Shown here piece after piece: positions 14,661 to 22,957 of a stretch of 24,000 nucleotides of DNA (positions within the stretch are counted from its first letter, which is position 1; every line of letters starts with the position of its first letter). The stretch spans positions 3,742,025 through 3,766,024 of the forward strand of contig NZ_JBNWKA010000003.1 of assembly GCF_050509515.1 (NCBI RefSeq). The letters run 5' to 3'. The translations under genes and the position numbers were made by a program. Source of the stretch: Clostridium sp. B9 (lineage in GTDB: Bacteria > Bacillota > Clostridia > Clostridiales > Clostridiaceae). The notes below the pieces were generated by a model that worked only from the letters and a program-made list of their open reading frames with translations, was not told the DNA's origin and ran no database searches.

Positions 14661-15242
14661 CTAATCATTGTCAATTAAGCTATCAACTATAGTTTTATAA
14701 ATAATAGAATAATCCTCTTTCTCTCTTTCTTCACTAGCATTAAATAAAACCTTTGCTACTTTATCTTCACCTATTTGCTTGTAGTAAACTGTGTTTATAT
14801 ACGTAAGTCCCTTATCATTTTTTTCTTTAAAGACTACCTTTTTCACTACTTCTCCATCTATATTTTCATCCACAACTTTATATTCACTTATTTTATCTTG
14901 AACTATTTTTTCTTTATCCTTATTAATTATATTTGCTAACTCTTCATCTACATTTAATATTTGAACATATCCCCAAATACCCATACTATCACTTGTAAAA
15001 TTGTTATCATAAATAATATAATTTCCTGGATACTTTTTCTCCTCAACATCCCAACTATCAGGCAGTTTGTAAGTTAATATTCCATCTAAAGCTGTATAAG
15101 TATTTAGCCCTTCAATATTATTGTTTATTAAAGCAACTTTTTCTAAGTTACTATTAAACATATTTTCTCCTGTAACCAATATTAACATAAGAAGAATTAA
15201 TATTAAGGTTATTCCAAATTGCTTTTTATTCAATAGTTCCAC
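14661..15242 (-). CDS. Uncharacterised membrane-anchored protein (193 aa)
   Basis: GTG start with GAGGGAAGAGAG upstream. One N-terminal TM segment (ITLILILLMLILV) followed by a soluble domain. No recognised motif. Confidence 0.55.
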   Translation of the reverse strand: MELLNKKQFGITLILILLMLILVTGENMFNSNLEKVALINNNIEGLNTYTALDGILTYKLPDSWDVEEKKYPGNYIIYDNNFTSDSMGIWGYVQILNVDEELANIINKDKEKIVQDKISEYKVVDENIDGEVVKKVVFKEKNDKGLTYINTVYYKQIGEDKVAKVLFNASEEREKEDYSIIYKTIVDSLIDND

Positions 15243-15326
15243 CTCTCTTCCCTCATTAAGTTAAAGTCTATATTAAAATATATTCATCTCCTTTACAAAA
15301 ATTACCCTATTATATAAATTGCATAA

Positions 15327-15370
15327 ATAAAAAACTGTTTATATAGATTAAGGTCTATATAAACAGTTTT
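15327..15370 (-). terminator. Intrinsic terminator after the 435-aa gene
   Basis: 17-bp perfect stem aaaactgtttatataga / tctatataaacagtttt with a 6-nt loop. On the minus strand a T-run follows. Confidence 0.8.
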
Positions 15371-15381
15371 CTAAAGTCACT

Positions 15382-16689
15382 CTATTTCATAGGAATAACT
15401 ACAGATGAATTTTCGAAGTCATAGAACATTATCCAATAGCCATTTCCTTCATCTCCATGTTTATCCCAAGTAACAAACCCTGTTCTTCCTCCATAAGGTT
15501 GATCTTTTCTCCCCTTAGTTCCCGGAATAGCATATAGCATGTATTTTATTTCTCCATTCTTATCACACTTTATTCCAAAGAAGAAGTGGCCTGATTTGTT
15601 AATATAAGGATAATAATTTATCATAGGATAATACATCATTGCATACTTATTATAATTAGACATATTACACATATCATCAAAGCTATCTATATTAACTTTG
15701 TACCACGCACATCTCTTAATATCTTCAGCAAATCCGCATACCTTCTCACATCCTTCTAAGGCTCCAACTAAAACTTCACCTATAGGACTATCAAAATCAA
15801 CTTCATAAGTATCTTCCATCATTTTCTTCTTAGATCTCAACTTATTCTCTTCTATACTCTTCTCATACCTATTGAATCTGCTTTCTAATTCATATGAATC
15901 ACCAACGTAAGTATCTGAAGTTCTCTCAAGGCTTTCTATTGCCTTTAAATCTCTCTTAACTTCCTCTTTATTTTCATGACTATCTTTCTCTCTCATATAA
16001 TAATCATGGTCATCTCTATCATAATGCTTACTTTCTACCTCACACTCTATTTTTTCCTTCTTAGGAACTTCTTTTTCTATTTCCTCTTTATCAACCTTTT
16101 CATCTGAATACTTATCATCATAATATTTACTTTCATTATAATCTTTTTTCTTTTCTGATTTTTTTTCTTCTTTATTTTTCTTATCTACCTTTTTATCCTC
16201 TTCATCCTTTTTATATTTGTACTCTTTAACAGTCTTATCGCTCTTTTCACCTGCATTAATCTTCTTCATCTCATAATTTTTCCAATTGTCCTTAGGCATT
16301 TGACTATTTAAAAATCCACACATAAAGAATACTGTTCTACCATTAATCTCTTTTCCAATTGCAGCTCCTACTATTTTGTCATAAGATATGTTTAAATCAC
16401 CTATGTTGATAGAATCGTATTCTATATTCATTTCAGCTTTTCCATGTTGACTTATGTTCATTGGACCAAGATTTATATTCTTTTTAAAGTCTTTTTTATT
16501 GCATATAAGAATCATGCAACAGTCTTTATATTCCTTTTTTAAATTTTGAGCATAAAAAGAAACCCTACACTTATCATTTTTAGTTTCTATTTTGGCATAT
16601 CCAGTTAACGGCTTATCTGAAGCCATAGAATGTCCTTTTTCATCTTCTTGTAAAATTATAAAACTTCTATATGATTTATTATGTGCCAA
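15382..16689 (-). CDS. Uncharacterised tripartite protein: N-terminal beta-rich domain, K/E/D-rich low-complexity linker of roughly 150 aa, aromatic-rich C-terminal domain (435 aa)
   Basis: Long ORF bracketed by strong terminators on both sides, so it is a monocistronic unit. TTG start at 16689 with GGAGGGA about 10 nt upstream, so the start is uncertain; an in-frame ATG lies at 16626. No catalytic or known family motif recognised. Confidence 0.6.
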   Translation of the reverse strand: MAHNKSYRSFIILQEDEKGHSMASDKPLTGYAKIETKNDKCRVSFYAQNLKKEYKDCCMILICNKKDFKKNINLGPMNISQHGKAEMNIEYDSINIGDLNISYDKIVGAAIGKEINGRTVFFMCGFLNSQMPKDNWKNYEMKKINAGEKSDKTVKEYKYKKDEEDKKVDKKNKEEKKSEKKKDYNESKYYDDKYSDEKVDKEEIEKEVPKKEKIECEVESKHYDRDDHDYYMREKDSHENKEEVKRDLKAIESLERTSDTYVGDSYELESRFNRYEKSIEENKLRSKKKMMEDTYEVDFDSPIGEVLVGALEGCEKVCGFAEDIKRCAWYKVNIDSFDDMCNMSNYNKYAMMYYPMINYYPYINKSGHFFFGIKCDKNGEIKYMLYAIPGTKGRKDQPYGGRTGFVTWDKHGDEGNGYWIMFYDFENSSVVIPMK

Positions 16690-16739
16690 TTCTCTGGTCC
16701 CTCCAATATAATTTTATTCTCTACAGTATATGAAAGAAT

Positions 16740-16778
16740 AAAAAAAAAGAGAATAAAAATTTAAAAATTCTTATTCTC
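16740..16778 (-). terminator. Intrinsic terminator after rsmA
   Basis: Stem gagaataa (16749..16756) pairs with ttattctc (16771..16778), with extra inner A-T pairs. On the minus strand 9 T follow. Confidence 0.7.
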
Positions 16779-16787
16779 TCAACATTT

Positions 16788-17645
16788 CTACTTATTCATA
16801 TATTTGTCTATTGCATCTGAAAGAGCTCCAAACTCAGCCAAACTTAAAGTTTCTCCTCTTCTCTTTGGATCTATTCCTGCCTCTTCATATGCCTTTGCCA
16901 TAAGCTCTTTATCAAGCTTTACATTCTTAGTTGCATTCCATAAAGTTTTTCTTCTCATATTAAATGAATGTCTAACAATCTCAAAGAATAACTTTTCATT
17001 ATTAACCTTAACGCTTGGCTCTTCTAATTTTTCTAGTCTTATAACTATAGAATCAACCTTTGGTCTTGGTATAAAGCATGATGGTGGTACTTTTCTAACT
17101 ATTTCAGTATTGCAGTAATATTGAACTAGTATTGATAATGCACCATAATCTTTGCAGTTTGGCTCTGCATTCATTCTCTCAGCTACTTCTTTTTGAATCA
17201 TTATAGTTAATGATTTGAAGTTATATCCACCCTTTAATAGATTTACTATTATAGGAGTTGTTACGTAGTATGGTAAGTTAGCAACTAGCTTAACGCTTTT
17301 TTCATCTCCTATGATTTCATTGAAATCAACTTTTAAAGCATCATTATGTATTAGTTGGAAATTTTGATTATCTCCAAGTTCTGCTGTTAATATTGGAATT
17401 AATGAACTATCTAACTCTATAGCAACAACCCTCTTAGCTCTTTTAAGTAATTGCACAGTAAGTGTTCCAACCCCTGGTCCAATTTCTATTACTAAGTCTT
17501 CTCCATTAACATCCGCACCATTAACTATATCTCTTGGTACAGAATCATCAATTAAGAAGTTTTGTCCTAAACTTTTTGAAAATCTAAAATTATACTTTTG
17601 TACAAGCTCCTTTGTTTTAATATCTTTTATCTCGTTTATATCCAT
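16788..17645 (-). CDS. rsmA: 16S rRNA (adenine1518/1519-N6)-dimethyltransferase (285 aa)
   Basis: [11 protein letters not shown]-terminal motif, SAM-binding [12 protein letters not shown], and NLPY. Classic KsgA/RsmA. Confidence 0.93.
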   Translation of the reverse strand: MDINEIKDIKTKELVQKYNFRFSKSLGQNFLIDDSVPRDIVNGADVNGEDLVIEIGPGVGTLTVQLLKRAKRVVAIELDSSLIPILTAELGDNQNFQLIHNDALKVDFNEIIGDEKSVKLVANLPYYVTTPIIVNLLKGGYNFKSLTIMIQKEVAERMNAEPNCKDYGALSILVQYYCNTEIVRKVPPSCFIPRPKVDSIVIRLEKLEEPSVKVNNEKLFFEIVRHSFNMRRKTLWNATKNVKLDKELMAKAYEEAGIDPKRRGETLSLAEFGALSDAIDKYMNK

Positions 17646-17656
17646 TCACTACTCTC

Positions 17657-18205
17657 CTATATCATCTTTTCTATCTTTTCTATAGCATTAACAAATTCTT
17701 CTTTTGTTATGCCATAGTTGTTTAATCTTGAAAGAACTTGGTTTGCATTACCATAACCAATTCTTAATTCTTTTCCAAGTAACTCTCTTCTAACTTTAGC
17801 CTTTGGATCAGCTGATAATCCAAAGTATATCAAATCCTGTATTGTGAACTCTTCTCTTTTTTCTTCTAGAGTTATTTTTGCACTTTCTAAAGCTCTTATT
17901 ATGGCCTCTGGGCAAGCATTTTCAACACCTATATTTCCGTCCTTAGCTCTTGTTCCCTCAGCTCTTCCTATGTAAGCATGCTTAACACCTTCAACTCTTT
18001 TTGAAATTATAGCTCTTATCTTCTCTCCAGCAAAGTCAGGATCAGTAAGTACTATAACCCCCTTTCTTTTTTGAGCCTCTTTTATTCTCTCTATAACTTT
18101 TGCATTTATTCCGAATCCACCAACAGCTATCATCTCAGCATCAACTGCTTTCTTAACTGCTGTTATGTCATCTCTACCTTCAACTACGATAACTTCTTTA
18201 ATCAA
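17657..18205 (-). CDS. rnmV: Ribonuclease M5 (5S rRNA maturase, TOPRIM domain, 182 aa)
   Basis: VIVVEGRDD and LTDPDFAGEKIR TOPRIM motifs. TTG start with AAGGGAG RBS. Conserved position immediately upstream of rsmA. Confidence 0.9.
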   Translation of the reverse strand: MIKEVIVVEGRDDITAVKKAVDAEMIAVGGFGINAKVIERIKEAQKRKGVIVLTDPDFAGEKIRAIISKRVEGVKHAYIGRAEGTRAKDGNIGVENACPEAIIRALESAKITLEEKREEFTIQDLIYFGLSADPKAKVRRELLGKELRIGYGNANQVLSRLNNYGITKEEFVNAIEKIEKMI

Positions 18206-18302
18206 GGTTAAAACTCCCTTTCTTATTATATGTACTATATTTAATTTACCTATATCTTATTTAACTGTCAACAAACTGCTTAAATTCTTACTGTTTTACT
18301 CT

Positions 18303-18352
18303 CAAAAAGAAATAGAGGGCTCTAAAAGATTTTTCTCTTTTAGAGTCCCTCT
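18303..18352 (-). terminator. Intrinsic terminator after the yabE-like gene
   Basis: Stem agagggctctaaaaga / tcttttagagtccctct of about 16 bp with one bulge. On the minus strand ATTTCTTTTT follows. Confidence 0.7.
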
Positions 18353-18359
18353 TTAAATA

Positions 18360-19382
18360 TTACCATTCACCAGGGTACGCTATAACATACAGATTAACGT
18401 TTCTTCTTCCCCAGCTACGACATTCAGATTTTGAGTTTAAGAATAAATCTATAATATTACTCTTAATAGCTCCACCAGTGTCTTCAGCTACTGCATAACC
18501 ATATCCTTCTACGTAAACCTTAGTTCCTAATGGTATTACGTTAGGGTCAACTGCTATTGTGCTTAACCCATTTGGATCTCTTCTTGGTACTGTACCAGTT
18601 GCAGTGATTGTATCTCCTGCATAGGCTGTAGCTTCAACCACCATTTTCTTTTTGTAATTTATATTATCGCTTCCTCTTGATAGAACTAATTCTTCCTTAG
18701 TTCCCTTTGCTACAATTTGGTTAACAGGTTCTGTAACAACCTTAGACTCAACTACTTCTCTAGCTACTTCTTTTCCATCTTCCATAACTAATTTAATAGT
18801 TATTTCTTTTTCTCCATTAGTACCTTCTTGTGTAGTCTTTTCAACACCTTTCTTTAATGTGTCGTCTTCTTTAACCACAGTTTCAAATTCAATTGGTTCC
18901 TTTTCAACTATTGTTTTCTCTTCAACTCTTGTAATTTTAATCTTTAAATCCTTAGATAGTTCTGTATCAACTGAAGGTTCTATTTTATCTAACTCATTTA
19001 GAGTTACTCCTTCTTTAGCCAGCATATCCTTTACTGAATCCTCTGCAGAATCTATCTTCATTTCTTTTCCATCAACCATCACTTCCACTGGAACTGCTTT
19101 TTTGATGCTTATAACATCATTATCAGAAACTTCGCTTGTTAAGCTAGGTTCTATTTTATCCTTATCTGATAAATAAATTTCTTCTTGATCTAAAACTGCT
19201 TGTACATTACCTTTAAATGTGGCAACCTCAATTTTATTTCCGTCTAAATCTATAATTATATTCTTATGTGCTGTTGCACCAATGATTGCGAAGCATACTA
19301 AAACTACGCTAAATACACCTAATATAATTTTGCTGTTTTTCGAGGCAACCTTCTCTTTCAATGCCTTAAATAAATTTTTCAT
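18360..19382 (-). CDS. yabE: YabE-like cell-wall-associated protein: TM anchor, two DUF348 repeats, G5 domain, C-terminal 3D (RlpA-like double-psi beta-barrel) domain (340 aa)
   Basis: The domain order can be read from the sequence. The C-terminus reads ATAYAGDTITATGT...STIAVDPNVIPLGTKVYVEGYGYAVAEDTGGAIK. Position is conserved between tatD and rnmV. Confidence 0.85.
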   Translation of the reverse strand: MKNLFKALKEKVASKNSKIILGVFSVVLVCFAIIGATAHKNIIIDLDGNKIEVATFKGNVQAVLDQEEIYLSDKDKIEPSLTSEVSDNDVISIKKAVPVEVMVDGKEMKIDSAEDSVKDMLAKEGVTLNELDKIEPSVDTELSKDLKIKITRVEEKTIVEKEPIEFETVVKEDDTLKKGVEKTTQEGTNGEKEITIKLVMEDGKEVAREVVESKVVTEPVNQIVAKGTKEELVLSRGSDNINYKKKMVVEATAYAGDTITATGTVPRRDPNGLSTIAVDPNVIPLGTKVYVEGYGYAVAEDTGGAIKSNIIDLFLNSKSECRSWGRRNVNLYVIAYPGEW

Positions 19383-19417
19383 GTAACTTCCCCCTTTTAG
19401 GCAAGAGTCATTTCGAC

Positions 19418-19446
19418 ATTATATATTACCTTTTCAAGTATGTCAA
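19418..19446 (-). promoter_or_regulatory. Consensus sigma-A promoter of the yabE-like gene
   Basis: On the minus strand, TTGACA (19446..19441), exactly 17 nt of spacer, then TATAAT (19423..19418). This is about 35 nt upstream of the ATG and its GGGGGAAG RBS. Confidence 0.65.
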
Positions 19447-19546
19447 ATTTTCTGACTCTAGTTTTTTATACTTTTAGTTGTAAATTATAATAAATAATCG
19501 ACCTCTGCTTATACAGGGATTGGACAAAAAAATGGTTGATTTATGT

Positions 19547-19581
19547 GTAAAAAAGTACACTATAGTATATTAGTGTACTTT
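19547..19581 (-). terminator. Intrinsic terminator after tatD
   Basis: Stem aaagtacacta / tagtgtacttt with an 8-nt loop. On the minus strand a T-run follows. Confidence 0.75.
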
Positions 19582-19621
19582 ATTTATTATGACTATTATT
19601 TATCCTTTGTTACGTGACTTT

Positions 19622-20395
19622 CTATTTGATTTTAAATAAGCTATTTTTATTGTTTAAAAGAATCTCATTCATTTCTTCCCCTGAAATCCCTCTAATCTCA
19701 CTCATCTTGTCTATTATATATTCTATATAATCTGACTTATTCCTTTTTCCTCTTAGAGGAACTGGAGCCATAAATGGACAATCAGTTTCAACAAGCATTC
19801 TATCTGATGGTATCTCTTTGCAAACCTCAACTAGTTTCTTTGCATTTTTAAATGTTAAAACACCAGTAAATCCAATGTAATATCCTAGTTTTATGCACTC
19901 TTTAGCAAACTCAACTGAACCTGAGAAACAATGTACAACACCAGTTACATTAGGGAACTCCTTCATGATTTCTAAAGTATCTCCATGAGCATCTCTATCA
20001 TGAATTATTACTGGTAAATTTAGTTCTTCAGCAAGCTTCATTTGTGCTCTAAAGACTTCTTTTTGTACTTCCCTTGGTGGATTTTCTTCCCAATAGTAAT
20101 CTAAGCCTATTTCACCTATTGCTTTAACTTTTTCTTCTTTAACATAATCTTTTATTTCTTTTATTACTTCATTATTAAACTCATCTGCATTTTCTGGATG
20201 TATTCCAACTGCTGCATAAAATATATCAAAATCTCTTGAAAGTTCTACTGATTTTCTCAATCCATAAAGGTCAGAACCACAGTTTAAAACTCCAACAACT
20301 CCATTTTCTTTTAGTTCTTTTATTACTGCTTCCCTATCTTCATCAAAATCCTTTGAATCGTAGTGTGCATGCGTATCAAATATTCTATATTTCAT
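19622..20395 (-). CDS. tatD: TatD-family metal-dependent hydrolase/DNase (YabD-like, 257 aa)
   Basis: FDTHAHYD N-terminus, plus the GEIGLDY, HDRDAH and VETDCPF motifs. Confidence 0.92.
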   Translation of the reverse strand: MKYRIFDTHAHYDSKDFDEDREAVIKELKENGVVGVLNCGSDLYGLRKSVELSRDFDIFYAAVGIHPENADEFNNEVIKEIKDYVKEEKVKAIGEIGLDYYWEENPPREVQKEVFRAQMKLAEELNLPVIIHDRDAHGDTLEIMKEFPNVTGVVHCFSGSVEFAKECIKLGYYIGFTGVLTFKNAKKLVEVCKEIPSDRMLVETDCPFMAPVPLRGKRNKSDYIEYIIDKMSEIRGISGEEMNEILLNNKNSLFKIK

Positions 20396-20413
20396 AATTT
20401 TCTCCTTTGAACT

Positions 20414-21913
20414 TTACATATACATTGTAGATAAAAGTGGTGAAAGTATTCCTAAAACTCCACCTAGTAAGGCCCCAAGCCAAGTTATGGCTTTAAGTTC
20501 TTTGTTTGCTATACCTAAGATTATTTCCTCTGCATAATCAACTTCAAAAGCATTAATCTGCTCCTCAACTATTGAAGAAATATCTACAATTTCAAGTACT
20601 TTAGATGACTTATTATCTACAAAATCATTATACAGATTATCTAAAACACCAGTAATATTATCTTCTAGTTTTTGTCTATTATAACATATATCTTTTAAGG
20701 TATTTTGTAAAAATTTATCAAATACCTTTTCAATTACTTCATTTATTTGATAAATTAATCTTGAGTCGTTAACAAACCTTGAAATCGTTAAATCTATGTT
20801 CATTATTAAGGTACTTTCATACTCTCCAAAGAGCTTTTTAAGAATTTCATCATAACTATTAAACTCAGAAAATTTAACATTTATTTTATCAATTAATATA
20901 TTAGTATTTTCTTCTCCAAATACTTTACTAGAAATTCTTCCACCTAATGATTCTGATATAACTTGAAGCTTCTCTTCTCCAATATTATTAGTAATATCAC
21001 TGACCTTTTTCTTCATGCTTTCGTTAACAAATACTAATGCCGCATCACATAAATATTCTTTATTTTCATCTTTTTCTAAAGCATTATCAATTAAAGAAAC
21101 AACTTTGCCATAAATAACATCTCCATTTAAAAACATTGATACTATTGAAGGTATGTTTTCATTAATTGCAGCCTTAATTTTATAAGAAACTTCCTCATCC
21201 CTAACAAGTCTTCTTATTATTTCTGCAAGAGTATCCTTTTGAGATTTTATATACTCTTCTATACAAGGCTTAAGTTTTTCTGGGATAATTTCACCAACAC
21301 TTCTCTCATCAACTTCTAGAGACTTTAATTCCTTTAAAATAACTTTTTCTATCGCTTTACTTGTTTTTTCTTCAGATAAAGCTTCTTTTATTATTTCTTT
21401 AAATCTCTCGCTATTTATGAACTCAGTTATCTTCTCTGGCTTTTTATTTAATTGCTCTTTTATTACTTCAACAATTTGAAATTTAACTTTGTTCTTAAAA
21501 TTCTCATCTTGAATTGAAGTTAATATAGCATTGCTTATACTACTAATTGTATCTTCTTTAACTGAATAATAGCCTTCTCCTAAAAGCTTTTTTAAACTAG
21601 CCTCTATTGTTGAATCACTTTCAATTATAGATCTTATTTTTTCCTTTGCAATTGCATCAAATTTTGTTTTTACTCTATCATTTTTTAGAGCTTTACTTAA
21701 GCTATCTGAATTTAATAAATGAGTTCCTACAGTTTCACCAACTTTATTTGCTATTCTACTTTTTTCTTTTGGTATTAGCCCTGGTGTAAAAGGAACCTTC
21801 ATTCCAAATATGTATTTAGCTTCTCTTGGTCTAAATAACATTTTTATAGCTAACCAGTTTGTTATGTAACCTATTATGGCTCCAATTAAAGCTCCTATAA
21901 GATAAATCTTCAC
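20414..21913 (-). CDS. DUF445-family membrane protein (499 aa)
   Basis: N-terminal GYITNWLAIKMLFRPREA signature and a C-terminal TM helix typical of DUF445 (YheB-like). GTG start with AGGAGTGG RBS. Confidence 0.75.
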   Translation of the reverse strand: MKIYLIGALIGAIIGYITNWLAIKMLFRPREAKYIFGMKVPFTPGLIPKEKSRIANKVGETVGTHLLNSDSLSKALKNDRVKTKFDAIAKEKIRSIIESDSTIEASLKKLLGEGYYSVKEDTISSISNAILTSIQDENFKNKVKFQIVEVIKEQLNKKPEKITEFINSERFKEIIKEALSEEKTSKAIEKVILKELKSLEVDERSVGEIIPEKLKPCIEEYIKSQKDTLAEIIRRLVRDEEVSYKIKAAINENIPSIVSMFLNGDVIYGKVVSLIDNALEKDENKEYLCDAALVFVNESMKKKVSDITNNIGEEKLQVISESLGGRISSKVFGEENTNILIDKINVKFSEFNSYDEILKKLFGEYESTLIMNIDLTISRFVNDSRLIYQINEVIEKVFDKFLQNTLKDICYNRQKLEDNITGVLDNLYNDFVDNKSSKVLEIVDISSIVEEQINAFEVDYAEEIILGIANKELKAITWLGALLGGVLGILSPLLSTMYM

Positions 21914-22015
21914 TTTTTTTCCACTCCTATCTATTAAGTTTTGCTTAAAATAGTGTAAACTATTATATATTCATAATAATATAATACTACTTATTTTAAA
22001 AAGGTGGGTGATAAA

Positions 22016-22696
22016 ATGAACTTTAAAGAATTAACTGCTTTAAAAGAATGTAGATTATTTTCTAATTTTACTAATGAAGATTTAAACTTATTGCTTACTT
22101 CTAGTTTTACTTCAGTAAAATCATATTCAAAAGAAGATTTATTATTTTCAGAAGGTGAGTATTGTAATTTTTTAAGCGTAATAATAGATGGAGTTATAGA
22201 AATTCAAAAGTTAGATCCTAGTGGAAATCTATTGGTTGTTGCAACTTTAAAGCGAGGAAATGTTTTTGGAGAAAACCTTCTGTTTGGCGATAGAAATTCT
22301 TATCCTATGTCAGTTGTCTCTAAAGAAGAAAGTACCGTTTTACATATAAATAAAGATTACATATATAAACTTTGTTCAACTAATGAAAGTTTTTTAAGAG
22401 AATTACTTAGAATACTTTCAAACAAAGCATTAAATCTTAGTTCTAAACTTAAACAAGTTACAATGAAGTCTATAAGGGAAATGATTTGCCATTATCTTCT
22501 ACAAAAATATAACAAAGAAAAATCTTTAACTATAAAGCTTGATTTTTCAAGAAAAGACTGGGCAGATAAGCTTGGTATCCAAAGACCATCTTTATCTAGA
22601 GAACTTATGAAAATGAGAGATGCTGGCTTAATAGAATTTTCAAGAGATACTATTACTATTAAAGATATTGCTGCTTTAAAAAGAAACTTATTTTAA
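22016..22696 (+). CDS. Crp/Fnr-family transcriptional regulator (226 aa from the revised start)
   Basis: N-terminal cNMP-binding beta-roll (GEYCNFLSVIIDGVIEIQK...RGNVFGE). C-terminal HTH (RKDWADKLGIQRPSLSRELMKMRDAGLI). There is no N-terminal Cys cluster, so it is not an Fe-S FNR type. ATG at 22016 is 8 nt after GGTGG; the ORF-track GTG at 22004 overlaps the RBS. Confidence 0.85.
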   Translation: MNFKELTALKECRLFSNFTNEDLNLLLTSSFTSVKSYSKEDLLFSEGEYCNFLSVIIDGVIEIQKLDPSGNLLVVATLKRGNVFGENLLFGDRNSYPMSVVSKEESTVLHINKDYIYKLCSTNESFLRELLRILSNKALNLSSKLKQVTMKSIREMICHYLLQKYNKEKSLTIKLDFSRKDWADKLGIQRPSLSRELMKMRDAGLIEFSRDTITIKDIAALKRNLF

Positions 22697-22799
22697 ATAA
22701 AATGTTAATATTTTTGTACACTTTTTGACACATAAATGCCACATAAGGAGATTAATATAATAATTGTAACGTAGCTAAAACACTAATTTAATTTTACCC

Positions 22800-22855
22800 C
22801 TTAAATAGCCCTTGAACGGTTTGTCCCCCTTACGCAAATGTCAAGGGCTATTAAG
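22800..22855. other. GC-rich long stem-loop in the convergent intergenic region (function unknown)
   Basis: cttaaatagcccttga (22800..22815) pairs with tcaagggctattaag (22841..22855): 15 bp with one bulged A. It encloses a 25-nt loop acggtttgtcccccttacgcaaatg. No T-run follows on either strand. Confidence 0.5.
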
Positions 22856-22911
22856 TTTAATCAATTTAAAATTTCTATATAATAATTCCTAACCTTAAAC
22901 CTTAAGATGTA

Positions 22912-22955
22912 AATTAAGCCTTGTTTCTAACGATTAGAAGCAAGGCTTAATTTAA
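22912..22955 (-). terminator. Hairpin terminator after the MetRS gene (bidirectional shape)
   Basis: Arms of about 18 bp, attaagccttgtttctaa / ttagaagcaaggcttaat, directly after the stop at 22958. AT-rich U-tracts lie on both sides. The single imperfect pair is G-U on the plus-strand RNA and C-A on the minus-strand RNA. Confidence 0.6.
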
Positions 22956-22957
22956 TT

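Noticed and set aside
16159-16166. A homopolymeric A8 tract (T8 on the plus strand) in the K/E-rich region of the 435-aa gene, considered as a possible phase-variation switch.
   Set aside because: A-runs of this length arise naturally from consecutive AAA Lys codons in an AT-rich genome. I see no evidence of frameshifted alternative products.
16804-17118. A 104-aa ORF antisense to rsmA, and a 105-aa ORF at 18859..19176 antisense to the yabE-like gene. These are the two longest shadow ORFs.
   Set aside because: Both are fully nested in conserved genes, have no RBS, and are Ser/Leu/Thr-rich shadow-frame translations. There is no evidence for overlapping genes.
19383-19621. A c-di-AMP (ydaO-type) or other riboswitch upstream of the cell-wall 3D-domain gene.
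   Set aside because: The consensus promoter leaves a leader of only about 30 nt. The rest of the spacer is the tatD terminator and unstructured AT-rich DNA, so there is no room for that aptamer.
22697-22957. A T-box or SAM riboswitch leader for the MetRS gene.
   Set aside because: This spacer is downstream of the minus-strand MetRS gene. Any leader would lie beyond the right edge of the window.
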